Shown here: piece by piece, positions 31,044 through 41,238 of the stretch | Position numbering within the stretch: position 1 is the first letter of the stretch | Layout of the letters: every line of letters begins with the position of its first letter | From: an uncultured delta proteobacterium | Lineage (GTDB): Bacteria; Myxococcota_A; Polyangia; Polyangiales; B10-G4 | NCBI GenBank assembly: GCA_963727445.1 | Contig: CAVSGI010000020.1 | Span: 736,001-800,000 of the forward strand | Length of the DNA stretch: 64,000 nt | Reading direction: 5' to 3' | Notes under the pieces: generated by a model | The model's input: only the letters and a program-made list of their open reading frames with translations | Told to the model about the DNA's origin: nothing | Databases searched by the model: none | Made by a program: the position numbers and the translations under genes

Positions 31044-31355
31044 GTGGCCGACGGGGACAAAGGCGACGAGCTTCCCTCCTTCCGCGCCGAGGCCGGGGAT
31101 CGGCTGGTGGGCGAGCAGAAGCAGATCTCCGATCGGGCACGGGAGAACGCGGACAAGAACGTCGGCGGCTCGCCGCCCTCGGATCTGGTGCAGCGGGGTG
31201 GCCAGCACTGCTCCCATGCCTCCCATGGGTCGCATGGCTCCCACGGGTCGCACGGCTCCCACGGGTCGCACGGCTCCCACGGGTCGCACGGCTCCCATGG
31301 CTCCCACGGGTCGCACGGCTCCCATGGGTCCCACGGCTCCCACGGGTCCTGGTAG
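31044..31355 (+). CDS. hxsA: His-Xaa-Ser repeat precursor peptide 1: leader + HCS-HAS-(HGS)14-W
   Basis: GTG start after GGAG; 16 HxS triplets at 31206-31349; leader homologous to precursor 2. Confidence 0.88.
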   Translation: MADGDKGDELPSFRAEAGDRLVGEQKQISDRARENADKNVGGSPPSDLVQRGGQHCSHASHGSHGSHGSHGSHGSHGSHGSHGSHGSHGSHGSHGSHGSHGSW

Positions 31356-31421
31356 CTATCGGCCCACCGCCCCCCCACCCCTCCGTGACAGCCCTCACGA
31401 GCCGGGTTAGACTACCGTCTC

Positions 31422-31715
31422 ATGGCCGACGATGAGAGCAGCCAGGACGAGGGCGCAGAGGAAGAGGTCCCTTCCTTCAAGGCCGAGGCCGCGGATCGGT
31501 TGGTGGCGGAGCAGAAGGACATCTCCGAGCGAGCGCTCGAAAACGCCGATGATGGCGGCTTCGCAGGCGATGGTGGCCAGCGTGGAGCGCAGCACTGCTC
31601 CCATGGGTCCCACGGCTCGCACGGGTCTCACGGCTCGCATGGATCCCACGGCTCGCACGGGTCTCACGGCTCGCACGGGTCCCACGGCTCGCACGGGTCC
31701 CACGGCTCCTGGTAG
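31422..31715 (+). CDS. hxsA: His-Xaa-Ser repeat precursor peptide 2: leader + HCS-(HGS)12-W
   Basis: 13 HxS triplets at 31593-31709; leader PSFKAEAADRLVAEQKDISERALENAD..QRGAQ. Confidence 0.9.
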   Translation: MADDESSQDEGAEEEVPSFKAEAADRLVAEQKDISERALENADDGGFAGDGGQRGAQHCSHGSHGSHGSHGSHGSHGSHGSHGSHGSHGSHGSHGSW

Positions 31716-31770
31716 CGTGCCCGCTTGGTCGGGTAGGCTCAGGCCCCACCCGCTACCCCCTCGGTGAACC

Positions 31771-32241
31771 TTGAAGCTTCCCGGAATTCCCGAAGAGCTC
31801 GCCGGCGCGGACCTCGAGCAAGGCTCCGTGCACGTCGTCGTCGATGACACGGTCTATCCCCTCGAAGCGATCTACGGCGCGAGCTTCGTCTTCATCGACC
31901 GCGCTTACGTCTTCGTCGATCGGCCGACCGCAGGCAAGTATCGCATCGTCCTCACGCCGAAGAAGGGCGGGGTCGACGAGGAAGGCATGAAGGCGCTCGT
32001 GGGCGAGCTCTCCAACGAGCTCCTCTCGAACGCGTTCCGCCATCAGATCACCAAGGAGAACCGCGCCACCATCGAAGCGGTGACCATGCAGGCGATCGCG
32101 GGCGCGATGGGGCCGCCGAGCCTCGACGAGCTCGAGGACTTCGACTTCTCCGAGGAGCCCTTCGACGACCCGCTGGGCATCGCCCAGAGCTGGGAGGAGA
32201 AGTACCAGAAGAAGGGAAAGAAGGAGTCGGAGGAGCAGTGA
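31771..32241 (+). CDS. hxsD: His-Xaa-Ser system protein HxsD
   Basis: VDDTVYPLEAIYGASFVFIDRAYV..GELSNELLSNAFR (HxsD-like); acidic tail DDPLGIAQSWEEKY; lies between the precursors and hxsB. Confidence 0.8.
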   Translation: MKLPGIPEELAGADLEQGSVHVVVDDTVYPLEAIYGASFVFIDRAYVFVDRPTAGKYRIVLTPKKGGVDEEGMKALVGELSNELLSNAFRHQITKENRATIEAVTMQAIAGAMGPPSLDELEDFDFSEEPFDDPLGIAQSWEEKYQKKGKKESEEQ

Positions 32242-32459
32242 CCGAGCTGCGCTTCGACAAGGGCATCTACGTCGGCGAGGCGGTGGACGAGGCGGTGAAG
32301 CGCTTCGGCGGCTTCGCGGATTTCGAGCTCTCCGAAAACGACGAAGCGTGGGTGGTGAAAGTGACCGCCAAAAAGCCAGCGCTGCAGAAACGGATCGTCG
32401 GCGAGCTCCAGAACTTCGCCCTCGGTCTCACCATCAAGAATCCGAATCGGGGCGTTTGA
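32238..32459 (+). CDS. Short HxsD-like protein
   Basis: FDKGIY..AVDEAV..IVGELQNFAL parallels the HxsD pattern; GTGA and TGATG overlaps with both neighbours. Confidence 0.7.
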   Translation: MTELRFDKGIYVGEAVDEAVKRFGGFADFELSENDEAWVVKVTAKKPALQKRIVGELQNFALGLTIKNPNRGV

Positions 32460-33952
32460 TGATCCTGACGCGAATCGGCAAGACCGACGCGAGCCATCCT
32501 GCGCTCTTCCGCGTTCGTGAAGTCGGCGGCAAAGCGTTGATCACGAATCAGGAAGGACGCTGGCTGCTGCTCACCGAGGAGGAGCTCGGGCTCTTCGCTC
32601 GCGGTGAAGCGAAGGAGGGCACGGAGCTCCACGAGCGCCTGAAGTCCCACAACTTCCTGCGCGACCATTACGACGTGCTCGCCGCCGCGGAGATGCTCCG
32701 CCAGCGAAAAGGTTTCATTCACTACGGGCCGAACCTCCACGTCTTCGTGATCACCCTCCGCTGCAACGAGACCTGCGTCTACTGCCACGCCTCGCGCGCC
32801 AACATGGACGCGGTGCACACCGACATGAGCCCGGAGATCATCGAGAAGTCTGTGGATCTCGTGCTGAAGAGCACCAACCCCTACGTCACCATCGAGTTCC
32901 AGGGCGGCGAGCCGCTGGTGAACTGGGAGGGCATCAAGCACACCATCGAGTATGCCCTCGAGAGGAACCGCTCGGTCGGCAAGAACCTCGAGTTCACCAT
33001 GGTCTCGAACCTCGCGCTGATGACCGACGAGATCATGGACTACCTCCTCGAGCACAAGGTCCAGATCTGCACCAGCATCGACGGGCCGGCGCACGTGCAC
33101 GACAAACAGCGCAAGCTCCCCGGGATGAGCTCGCACGACCGCGCGGTGCACTGGCTACGACGGATCAACGCGCGCTACGAGGAGATGGGCCTCGACTCGA
33201 CCCTCTATCACGTCGAGGCGCTGCTCACGACGACGCGCGCCGCGCTGCCGCTTCACCAAGAGGTGGTCGACACCTACGTCGGCCTCGGGGTGAAGTCGCT
33301 GTTCCTGCGCCCGCTCGATCCCTTCGGCTTCGCGGAGAAGACCGCGGACAAGATCGAGTATCCGCGCGAGGAGTACATGGCGTTCTATCGGAACGCCCTC
33401 GACTACATGATCGAGCTCAACAAGAAGGGCACGCAGATCCTCGAGCGCTACGCGGCGATCTTCCTGACGAAGATCCTCCGCGGCGAGGATCCGAACTTCC
33501 TCGACATCCGCTGGCCGGGCGGCGGCGGTATCGGCCAGGTCGCCTATAGCTACGACGGGAAGATCTTCGCCTCGGACGAAGGCCGCATGCTCCACGAGAT
33601 GGGCGACGACACCTTCGAGATCGGCCACGTCGACACCAGCACCTACCGCGAGCTCATGGGTCATCCCACCGTCCGCGCCCTCGCCCTCGCCTCGAACCTC
33701 GAGCAGAACCCGGACTGCGTGAGCTGCACCTACCTGCCGTACTGCGGCGTGCCGCCCGTCCACAGCCACAAGACCCAGGGGACGATCTTCGGCCGCATGC
33801 GCGAGTCGACCCTGTGCTACGTCCACAAGCACATCCAGGACTACCTCTTCGAGAAGATCGCCGAGGGCAACCCCGAGACGCTCGAGATCTTCGAGCGGTG
33901 GACGACGAATCGCCTCCGCGACCACTTCCTGCACGCGGCCGGCGGGGTCTGA
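32459..33952 (+). CDS. hxsB: His-Xaa-Ser system radical SAM maturase HxsB
   Basis: LHVFVITLRCNETCVYCHASR, IEFQGGEP, ICTSIDGP, YSYDGKIFASDEGRML, CVSCTYLPYCG..QG..FGR..STLC; adjacent to the HxS precursors. Confidence 0.9.
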   Translation: MILTRIGKTDASHPALFRVREVGGKALITNQEGRWLLLTEEELGLFARGEAKEGTELHERLKSHNFLRDHYDVLAAAEMLRQRKGFIHYGPNLHVFVITLRCNETCVYCHASRANMDAVHTDMSPEIIEKSVDLVLKSTNPYVTIEFQGGEPLVNWEGIKHTIEYALERNRSVGKNLEFTMVSNLALMTDEIMDYLLEHKVQICTSIDGPAHVHDKQRKLPGMSSHDRAVHWLRRINARYEEMGLDSTLYHVEALLTTTRAALPLHQEVVDTYVGLGVKSLFLRPLDPFGFAEKTADKIEYPREEYMAFYRNALDYMIELNKKGTQILERYAAIFLTKILRGEDPNFLDIRWPGGGGIGQVAYSYDGKIFASDEGRMLHEMGDDTFEIGHVDTSTYRELMGHPTVRALALASNLEQNPDCVSCTYLPYCGVPPVHSHKTQGTIFGRMRESTLCYVHKHIQDYLFEKIAEGNPETLEIFERWTTNRLRDHFLHAAGGV

Positions 33953-34053
33953 GCGATGTGCGGTCCGCTGGCCCGATCATGAGTGGGTGGCGGGCACACA
34001 TCGACGAGCGCGGTGTAACCGCGATATGGTGGGCCTAGGTTCGGGGGGTCACT

Positions 34054-37000
34054 ATGAAGCGTCCGTCTGTCTGTCTGTCTGTCTGTCTCCGTAGCCATTG
34101 GCACGGCGTTGGGGATGATGGGATGTCGCGATCTGACCCTTGATAGCGAGCACGTAGGCGAGCGACACATTCTGCGCGGACGCTCATCGACGCGCGGCGG
34201 TCCGACGCTGACCCCCGACGAGATCCGGCGCGGGTGGTTCGAGACGACGAGCGATGACCTCGACGCTACGGAGAAGGCGCTCAGGCGCATGGTGGGCATC
34301 GAGCTGGACGTCCAGCTCGATACCGACGGGCTACCGGGGACGGTGAGCGTCTTTGGGGCCGATTCCTTGACTAGGCCAACGCTAGATTTCTTGGACGTGC
34401 AAACGCCGGTGCCTCAGTCCCTCTCAGTGCCTTTCCAGTCCTTCTCCACACAGTCTCTTGCGGATGAGCTCGTCGATGCCTGCGGTGATCCATTCGTGCG
34501 GCCGCGCCTCGGGTCGGCTATTTGCGACGCGGTCGATGCAGACCGCAATGGCGTGTTGGACTTCGATACTCACAACCCCGCCCTCGATGGGATCCGCTAT
34601 CGGAGCGACAGCGCAGCCATCGAACTTGCATGGCACGCCCCGTCAGACCTCTGGAACCTACGCATTACGAGGAGGACTGCTGACGACGCGGGAGCACCGT
34701 GCGAGACGAATCATGACTGCGGGTTCAGCACGACCTGTGAATCCCGGCGGTGCGAATGGGTAGAAGTGGCGTGTGCACAAGATATCGATTGCTCGAGTGA
34801 CCCCCGGTTTCCAGGGGAGGGCGAGCTCTGCGGAGCGGATGGTACCTGCGAGCGGCGCGTCCACGTGTCTTTCGACCGGGATGCTGACCTAGTCCATCCC
34901 ATTCTCGGAATCGACATTCCCTGGAATGCCGCATCGGATCCCGACGATGCCTTTTCCGTCGGAGTCGCGACGATCTCGATCAATCGCTTCGCCACGCGAA
35001 TGCGGATCCAGCCTCGCGTGTGCACGGACAGGGACTGCACCAGCACGGACCGTTCCTTTGCGGGCTATCGCGGAACAGGCGCGGATCTCTTGAATTCGGG
35101 GATGGGTTTGACGCTCTCGGTCAGGGGGGAGCTGCTCGAGGGCGAGCTCGACTACGGCGTCGATCCGGGTGTGGGCCTAGTCCTCGCATGCCTTCACCCG
35201 GTCAGCTGCGTATGGGCTCACCTGGAGATCGACGACAAGGTAAAAGACATCCTGCAACGGCAGGCCGGGACTCAAGCGGACCTCATCCAAGGGCTCGTGA
35301 ATGAGCGGGTATTCAATCCCCTTCAGCCGGACTCGCGCGCCAACGACGCCAACGAGAGAGACCTGCTCAGAATCTATGCATTCGCGGAAGGCAGCGAGGA
35401 CATCCTCAGGGAGGTGGTGGGGGGAGTTTCGTGGCCCCAAGCGGTCGCCATGCGGATGAACCAGGACGCCCGAGCCCTAAAGGCACAGGTCGTTGTACGA
35501 GAAGAACCGGAGCCTATTGCCCTCTTCGCGGAGACCGACGGAGCGGTGACCGGTGGCTTGTCTCTCGCCCTCGAGCGGGGAGCCGAAATCTCTCACGTGG
35601 GGTTCGATGCGCGCCGCCTCGTGCAGCTTTGTGGTCGCTTTCCGCGGGAGATCTATGGCGGTGCGTGCGCGGACGCGGTGGGCGCGCCAGGTCGGCCAGA
35701 TCCCGCGTGCGCCATCTGTGACGCCTGTCTTGGCAGAACGACGGCGCTTTGTGACTTTTCGGGCGAGCGCGACACGGGCCGTGTCTGCGAATTTGACACA
35801 GACTGCGTCCCTGGGGACCGCTGTGCCGGACGGTGCATGCGACCGATGCTGGTGCTGGGTCCCGACTTTCCCGGCGGGGCTCCGTTCGCAACTCTACCCG
35901 AGATGCCGACAGCGGCCCCCCTCGCTGATGCGTACTTCGGAATCGCCGAGCAGGCGCGCGCCCTCTTCAAGGGGCCGCTGGCGCACTTTGGGACGTCGTT
36001 TCAGCGATACTCCTCTGTGCGGTTTTGCGCGGCGGGCGCTTCTTCGGTTCGCTGTCCCTTGTCCTCTCTGGGCATGGTCGAAGATCGGGTGGTCTTTCAG
36101 TTCGATCCGGATACGGACCTCGATGGCCAACCCGATCTAACCGACCTTTGCCCGGAGGACGCCACGCCAGACGGCGATGTCGGCGATGCTGATCATGACG
36201 GTCACGGGGACATTTGCGACAACTGTATGTGGAACCCAGGGCCAACCACAGATTTTCCGGATCGCGATGGACGCGGAGATATCTGCGACTGTGACATTGA
36301 CGGCGACGACTGCAACAACCGCCTTCTCGTCAGTCCCGTCGCCGATGCGCCCCCAGATGAGCCTCGCCGCTGCACAATCGTGGGTCCGGTGGGATCCGTT
36401 TTCGATCAACGACCTCGCGAGTCCGACGAGCACGCTGACAACGACGGCGACGGAATTTCCGACGACTGCGATCCCGATGACGATCAGGATGGCGTCCTCG
36501 ACGACGGTGCTCGCGACACTGTCGGGAATTACTCGCCATGTCGACCTGGCGAGAGCACGCGATTCTGCGACGACAACTGTCCTACGGTCGCGAACCCTGG
36601 CCAGGAGGATGAGAACCTGGATGGCGTCGGCGATGCCTGTGATCATGTGTGCCCCGGGACGGGCACGCCGTTGTGCGATCCCGACACGACGCGCTCTTTC
36701 ATGGCCAGCCCGTCTGGCTCGGGTGAGGGCGCCTGGCTCTTGCCGGAATGTCGTGCGGATGGTCCGGATTGCGGTTTCATGGCGCGTATGTGCGCGGAGT
36801 ATCCGGGATTTTCGGACTATTCGTTTCCGGGCACTTCCGCATGCAGCCCCGGTCCCGCCTCCGTCCGGGTGTTTGATCCGGCAGGCAAGTTGATCCGGGT
36901 CATAGACATCAAGACTGTCGGTGGCGATCGGCTTGGCGCGACGGCATTCCTTCCCGACCTTGACGGTGATGGCGCGGGGGAGGTGCTACTGGGGCTGCCG

Positions 37001-37973
37001 GGCACAACTCTGAACACGCCGGGCCAGATCGTAGCGTTCGGATCAGCGGCCGGCGAGCTCTTCCGGGTGCGTGCCGACGGCGCGGAGCTCCCCTTCTCGT
37101 CCGCGTTTGGTAGCACGCTCTTGGTGGACGGGGCGGTCATGCTTGCCGGAGCTCCGGATAGCTCCAAGACCGGTTCCGTCTTCGTGCTGGACAGCACCCA
37201 GGGGTTCTTCGTCGATCAGATTCTTCCATTCACGAACGGGAGCCAGGCCTTCGGCGCGTCGGTCGCCGGCTCGTTCGGAGGCCGACTCTTCGTCGGCGCG
37301 CCCTCGGCATCGAACGAGGCCGGCGCGGTGTACGTATTTTCCGGCGGGGCGCTGGAGTCGAATTGTCCCTGGACCCTTCGAAGGCGCTCGCCTCGGATCG
37401 TCCGCGATAGTGCCGTTCGCCACCGAGTTCCCATACGACCTTCAGGGCCACAGAGAGGCGTTCGTTGCGGGGGCCCCTTACGCCCGTCAGGGCACGGGCA
37501 TGGTGGTGGTCGGCGGAATCGAGGGCTCGATCCTCCTCACCCTAACAGGCAGCGAAAGGGGCGAAGGTTTTGGCGCCTCCTTGAGCGGCTGGTTCGACCT
37601 CACGGGGGATGGGCGATCTGAGCTCTTGATCGGCGCACCGAACCACGGCGGCGGTCGCGGCACGGTCTATCGTTTGTCCGCGAGCTTCGACCTGACGACC
37701 TCGGGTGCGCTCGGCAACATCGGCGATCGGCTCGGGCTTTCGGTTCAGGGATGGCCGGCCAATGATGGTGCCATCTTTCGGATCGGAGTCGCGGGCATCG
37801 ACTATCCAGGGGCCGAGCTTCCTGGTGGCTGGGTGTCACTCACCCCTGCGTCGATATCACCGCGGAGTGCGACCGGCCGCGACATTGCGGAGATCTTGGC
37901 CCGTCAGCGTGAGCTCTTGGGTCGGCCGGCGCTGGGTCGCGCGCCACCACTTACGTCGAGAGCGCGACGATGA
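34054..37973 (+). CDS. Large Cys-rich surface lipoprotein with thrombospondin type-3-like Ca-binding repeats and C-terminal FG-GAP repeats (out of frame at the GTCT tract and near 37350)
   Basis: DADHDGHGDICDNC, DENLDGVGDACD, DLDGDGAGEVLLG, VGAP, DLTGDGRSELLIGAP; ATG at 34054 after GGGGGG. Confidence 0.7.
34065..34088 (+). repeat. (GTCT)6 simple sequence repeat in the signal-peptide coding region
   Basis: Read directly, starting 11 nt after the first base of the ATG at 34054. Confidence 0.9.
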
Positions 37974-39367
37974 GTTCGCAGGTGTGCCATCTCCTTCTCG
38001 CCCTCCTCTTACTCAGCGCTCTGCCGCAGTGCAATGGCAGTGAGGATCTTCGCTATCGTTGCGTAGTCCAGCGGAGCGCGAGACTTTACGGTCGAGCCGC
38101 GGAGGGGCACCAGATCGGCAGGGTAGCAGGATCTCTACTTCTCACGTGGACGAGTGGGGATGGGAGCTGGACCAGCCAGTGGTTTGACGGAGGTTTTGCG
38201 TCGGCTGGTCGACCGATCGACATGGGTGTTGGGGAGCCGTTTCGGCCGGGGTGGGTCCTGTTCGATGGTGGCCTCGAGGGGTATCTATTGGCGGACGTCG
38301 AACGCCGTCCTACGGACGAGACATCGAACTCCGAAATCGTGACACGCTGGCGGTTCGAGCCGGGGGCGGCTCCCGAGGCGTTGTCAGTCGGTGTCGACAC
38401 TCCAAGCGGTTGCAACGACAGTTGCACCGACCTGGGAACCATACAGGCTCCGCCTGGCAGGCCGGGAACCTATCCGAGCGCCAGCTACCGAGGTGGTGTC
38501 GCGTCCATCTTGCCGGCAGTGCCCCGCGATTGTGTAGGTGCCGATGAAATGGTTTTCTCCACATACCAACGCATCCACGTCTTTACCCACGAATCGCCAA
38601 TTGCTCGTCCGGTCCTCTGGTCGGATGAGCCACCTTGCGACTTGGAGTACTTCGGCGACAATCGAGACGTCGTGACTGTCCCGTCGGTGGTCGGGCTCGG
38701 GGCCGACAGACTGGGCGTCTTCTTTCACCCTCTCGGTGCCACGCCTGGGCCCACGCGTTATGCGGTGGTCACCTCGGATGGTGACTTGGTGAGCGACCCG
38801 ATCACGGTGGGTGGTGACTGGCCGCGATGGAGCAGCACGGTGGGCGGCTGGCAGACGCCCGCCGTCCGTCTGGGAGATGTAGTGCTGTTCGTCGAAGGAT
38901 ACGAGCGCGCGGACTACTGCCACGTGGTCCGGCTGATGAACCTCGACGGATCGCATGCCCGCAACGCACCGTGGCAGCTTCCATGCTTCGAGGACGGGAC
39001 GGTTGCCACGCTCTCGGTCGAGCTCGGGACTATGGGCGACGTGGTAGTTCTCGCTTATTCCGAGCGTCGGATTGGCGACAGCACCCTTTACGTCACGGCC
39101 GGCGATGACTGGTTCGAACGGGTGGTCCTGGTCACGCTCACTGCCGAGGGCCGGCTCGCGAGCGATCCCGTCATCGTCACGGAACCCGTGTCGACGGCAC
39201 TCTTGCCCATTCCACGGACCGAGTCGCGAGGCCCTCCCATCCGGGACTTCTTCGTGAGTTTGGCGGCAATGGGAGATGAGCCACCTGTGGTTGCGTGGAC
39301 AGACCTCCGGATCGACGAGCCCGGCGTTTTTGCGCGGGAGGTAGTGTGCACCCCCCTTTCCCGCTGA
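37970..39367 (+). CDS. Hypothetical secreted protein/lipoprotein
   Basis: ATGA overlap; hydrophobic signal LLLALLLLSALPQC; beta-rich. Confidence 0.65.
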   Translation: MSSQVCHLLLALLLLSALPQCNGSEDLRYRCVVQRSARLYGRAAEGHQIGRVAGSLLLTWTSGDGSWTSQWFDGGFASAGRPIDMGVGEPFRPGWVLFDGGLEGYLLADVERRPTDETSNSEIVTRWRFEPGAAPEALSVGVDTPSGCNDSCTDLGTIQAPPGRPGTYPSASYRGGVASILPAVPRDCVGADEMVFSTYQRIHVFTHESPIARPVLWSDEPPCDLEYFGDNRDVVTVPSVVGLGADRLGVFFHPLGATPGPTRYAVVTSDGDLVSDPITVGGDWPRWSSTVGGWQTPAVRLGDVVLFVEGYERADYCHVVRLMNLDGSHARNAPWQLPCFEDGTVATLSVELGTMGDVVVLAYSERRIGDSTLYVTAGDDWFERVVLVTLTAEGRLASDPVIVTEPVSTALLPIPRTESRGPPIRDFFVSLAAMGDEPPVVAWTDLRIDEPGVFAREVVCTPLSR

Positions 39368-39374
39368 GTGTGCG

Positions 39375-40103
39375 GTGAGACGCTTGCACTGGTTCGCCGG
39401 AATCGCCATTGGGGCATCCGTCGCGACTTGGGCCGTTATTGGGGACACGGGGCCATCACGTGAGCCGGAGGGGCCGGGAGAACCAAGCGAGCGCACTACG
39501 TATCTCGTCGCGTCGTCCGGTGACGATGCACTGGGGTCATCGACCGCGTGCGACCATCCCTTCTTGCCGGCGCGACCAGGCACCTCTCGTCACTTCCGGA
39601 TCACGGGCGACGAGTTGGTCGCGGAGGTTGCTGTTACCTGTGTCGACGTTCGCCCGTCGCCGCGGGGGCTGGCCATCGAATGGCGCGCGCATCTGTCGAT
39701 GTCAGGTCTGCCGGCGGCAAGCCCTTGGTTTCGGACCTCGTGTCGGCCGGGGGAGGGGGCGGAAATCCCGCTCGAGTTGGCGCTGCATGCAGCGGCAGTG
39801 CCTTCGGGCATTCCCCACTTCCTGGTCCCAGAACGTCTGCGCGAGGGAGACGAGTGGCAGGAGGAGGGACACGGCCCAGGTGGGCTTTGGCGGCAGAGTG
39901 CCGCCGTGGGCTCGCCGCGGACTGTGTCGCTCCCCGACGGCCGTCGCGCGGAGGGCGTCGTCTTGAGCGTTCGTGACGTCCTCATCAATGGTGGAGAGGT
40001 CGTCGAGGGCACGTCGGAGTTCGTGCTGGTGGAGGGCGTCGGCTTGGTCGGGGGTCGCATAGCCGGGTACGAGCTCTCCCTAGTTGACGCACCGAGGTAT
40101 TGA
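39375..40103 (+). CDS. Hypothetical membrane-anchored protein
   Basis: N-terminal TM helix; CDHPFLP; FVLVEGVGLV C-terminus. Confidence 0.6.
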   Translation: MRRLHWFAGIAIGASVATWAVIGDTGPSREPEGPGEPSERTTYLVASSGDDALGSSTACDHPFLPARPGTSRHFRITGDELVAEVAVTCVDVRPSPRGLAIEWRAHLSMSGLPAASPWFRTSCRPGEGAEIPLELALHAAAVPSGIPHFLVPERLREGDEWQEEGHGPGGLWRQSAAVGSPRTVSLPDGRRAEGVVLSVRDVLINGGEVVEGTSEFVLVEGVGLVGGRIAGYELSLVDAPRY

Positions 40104-40339
40104 GGTCAGCTCGGCCCGCTCGTCGACTCGCTCGGCTCCTCCTTCAGACTTCGCGCCCTACATCGCGGACGGCAGTCTCATGTCTCATCGTCCTCGCGCA
40201 GGTCAGTGGCAGAGGGAGTCTCCGGTTTCCAGCCTCCGTGGAAGCCAACCGCCTCTCCGGACGAACGAGTTTAGCGGTAGGAGCGATCCTCGGCTGTGGC
40301 GATGATGGCCGCGAGCTCTTCATCCGGCCAGCTTGTCAG

Positions 40340-41167
40340 TCAGTCGTCGCCACCGTCTCGATACTCGGTGGGCGTCTTCCCCGTCGCCTTCCGAAAGAGC
40401 GCGCTCAGGTGCTGGGGGGTGCTGAGGCCGACTTCGTAGGCGATGCGCGAGATCGGCGCGTCGGTGCGCGCGAGCCAGTGCTTCGCGCGTTCGACCTGTA
40501 CGGCGGCGAGCTCGGCGCGGAAGGTCGTCTTCGCCGCGCCGAGGCGTCGCTGAAGCGTGCGCACCGCGACGCCGAGATCAGCGGCCGCCTGGTCGATGCT
40601 CGCGTCGTCCGGCAGGCGCGCTTCGATCGCGCGCCGCAGGTCACGCACCACATCGGGCAAGTCGCTCGTCGCCGAGACCAGCCCCGCGAGCTCCTCCTCG
40701 AGCGCCCGGTCCTCACCACCGGTCCAGGCCAGCGCCGCGCTCAAGTCCTCGAAGGACTCGACGGGGTAGGGCGGCGGCACGGTCTGGTAGAAGCCCGCTG
40801 CGAGCGCGCCCACGAAGCCGTCCGGCCGCACGATCGCCAGCCGTGTCACGAAGCGCTCCATCTCCGCGCGCTTCGCCTCGACGTACTGTGCCAGGACGGC
40901 GAAGGCGGTGGCGTCCACGCTCTTCACCCGACGGGCGTCGATGATCGACGCGTGGGGCTCGGCCGGCGGAACCAGCTCGAGGGCGTAGAGCCGCGTCAGC
41001 GCCTCCATGTCGTCGGGCCCCGGCTCGCCGAAGAGGGCCGAGACGCAGAGGGCAGGGTGGGGCCAGGCGTAGACCCAGCACGGTCCGGCCAGATAGCTCC
41101 CGAGAGGCGATTTCGCGAAATCGGCGTGGTTGGCCCTCGGCGCCAGCCGCTTGGCGCCCCCCCGCAC
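40340..41167 (-). CDS. AraC family transcriptional regulator
   Basis: AADLGVAVRTLQRRL..ISRIAYEVGLSTPQHLSALFRKATGKTPTEYR; start uncertain. Confidence 0.88.
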   Translation of the reverse strand: MRGGAKRLAPRANHADFAKSPLGSYLAGPCWVYAWPHPALCVSALFGEPGPDDMEALTRLYALELVPPAEPHASIIDARRVKSVDATAFAVLAQYVEAKRAEMERFVTRLAIVRPDGFVGALAAGFYQTVPPPYPVESFEDLSAALAWTGGEDRALEEELAGLVSATSDLPDVVRDLRRAIEARLPDDASIDQAAADLGVAVRTLQRRLGAAKTTFRAELAAVQVERAKHWLARTDAPISRIAYEVGLSTPQHLSALFRKATGKTPTEYRDGGDD

Positions 41168-41238
41168 GCCTTTGGCGCCCCTCCGACCGTCGCTTCCTCC
41201 AGAACGACCCATCCTCAGACCATACAAGGAGGCGTCCG

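Noticed and set aside
29527..31410. 627-aa ORF containing QGDGLDFSTFCERAVR repeats
   Set aside because: It is a read-through of the non-coding repeat array overlapping real genes.
30476..31850. Alternative-frame repeat ORFs (DPWEPC, MGAVRPV, TRASRG, PTGRTA)
   Set aside because: These are shadows of the HGS codons. Variation is synonymous in the HGS frame, which also carries the shared leader.
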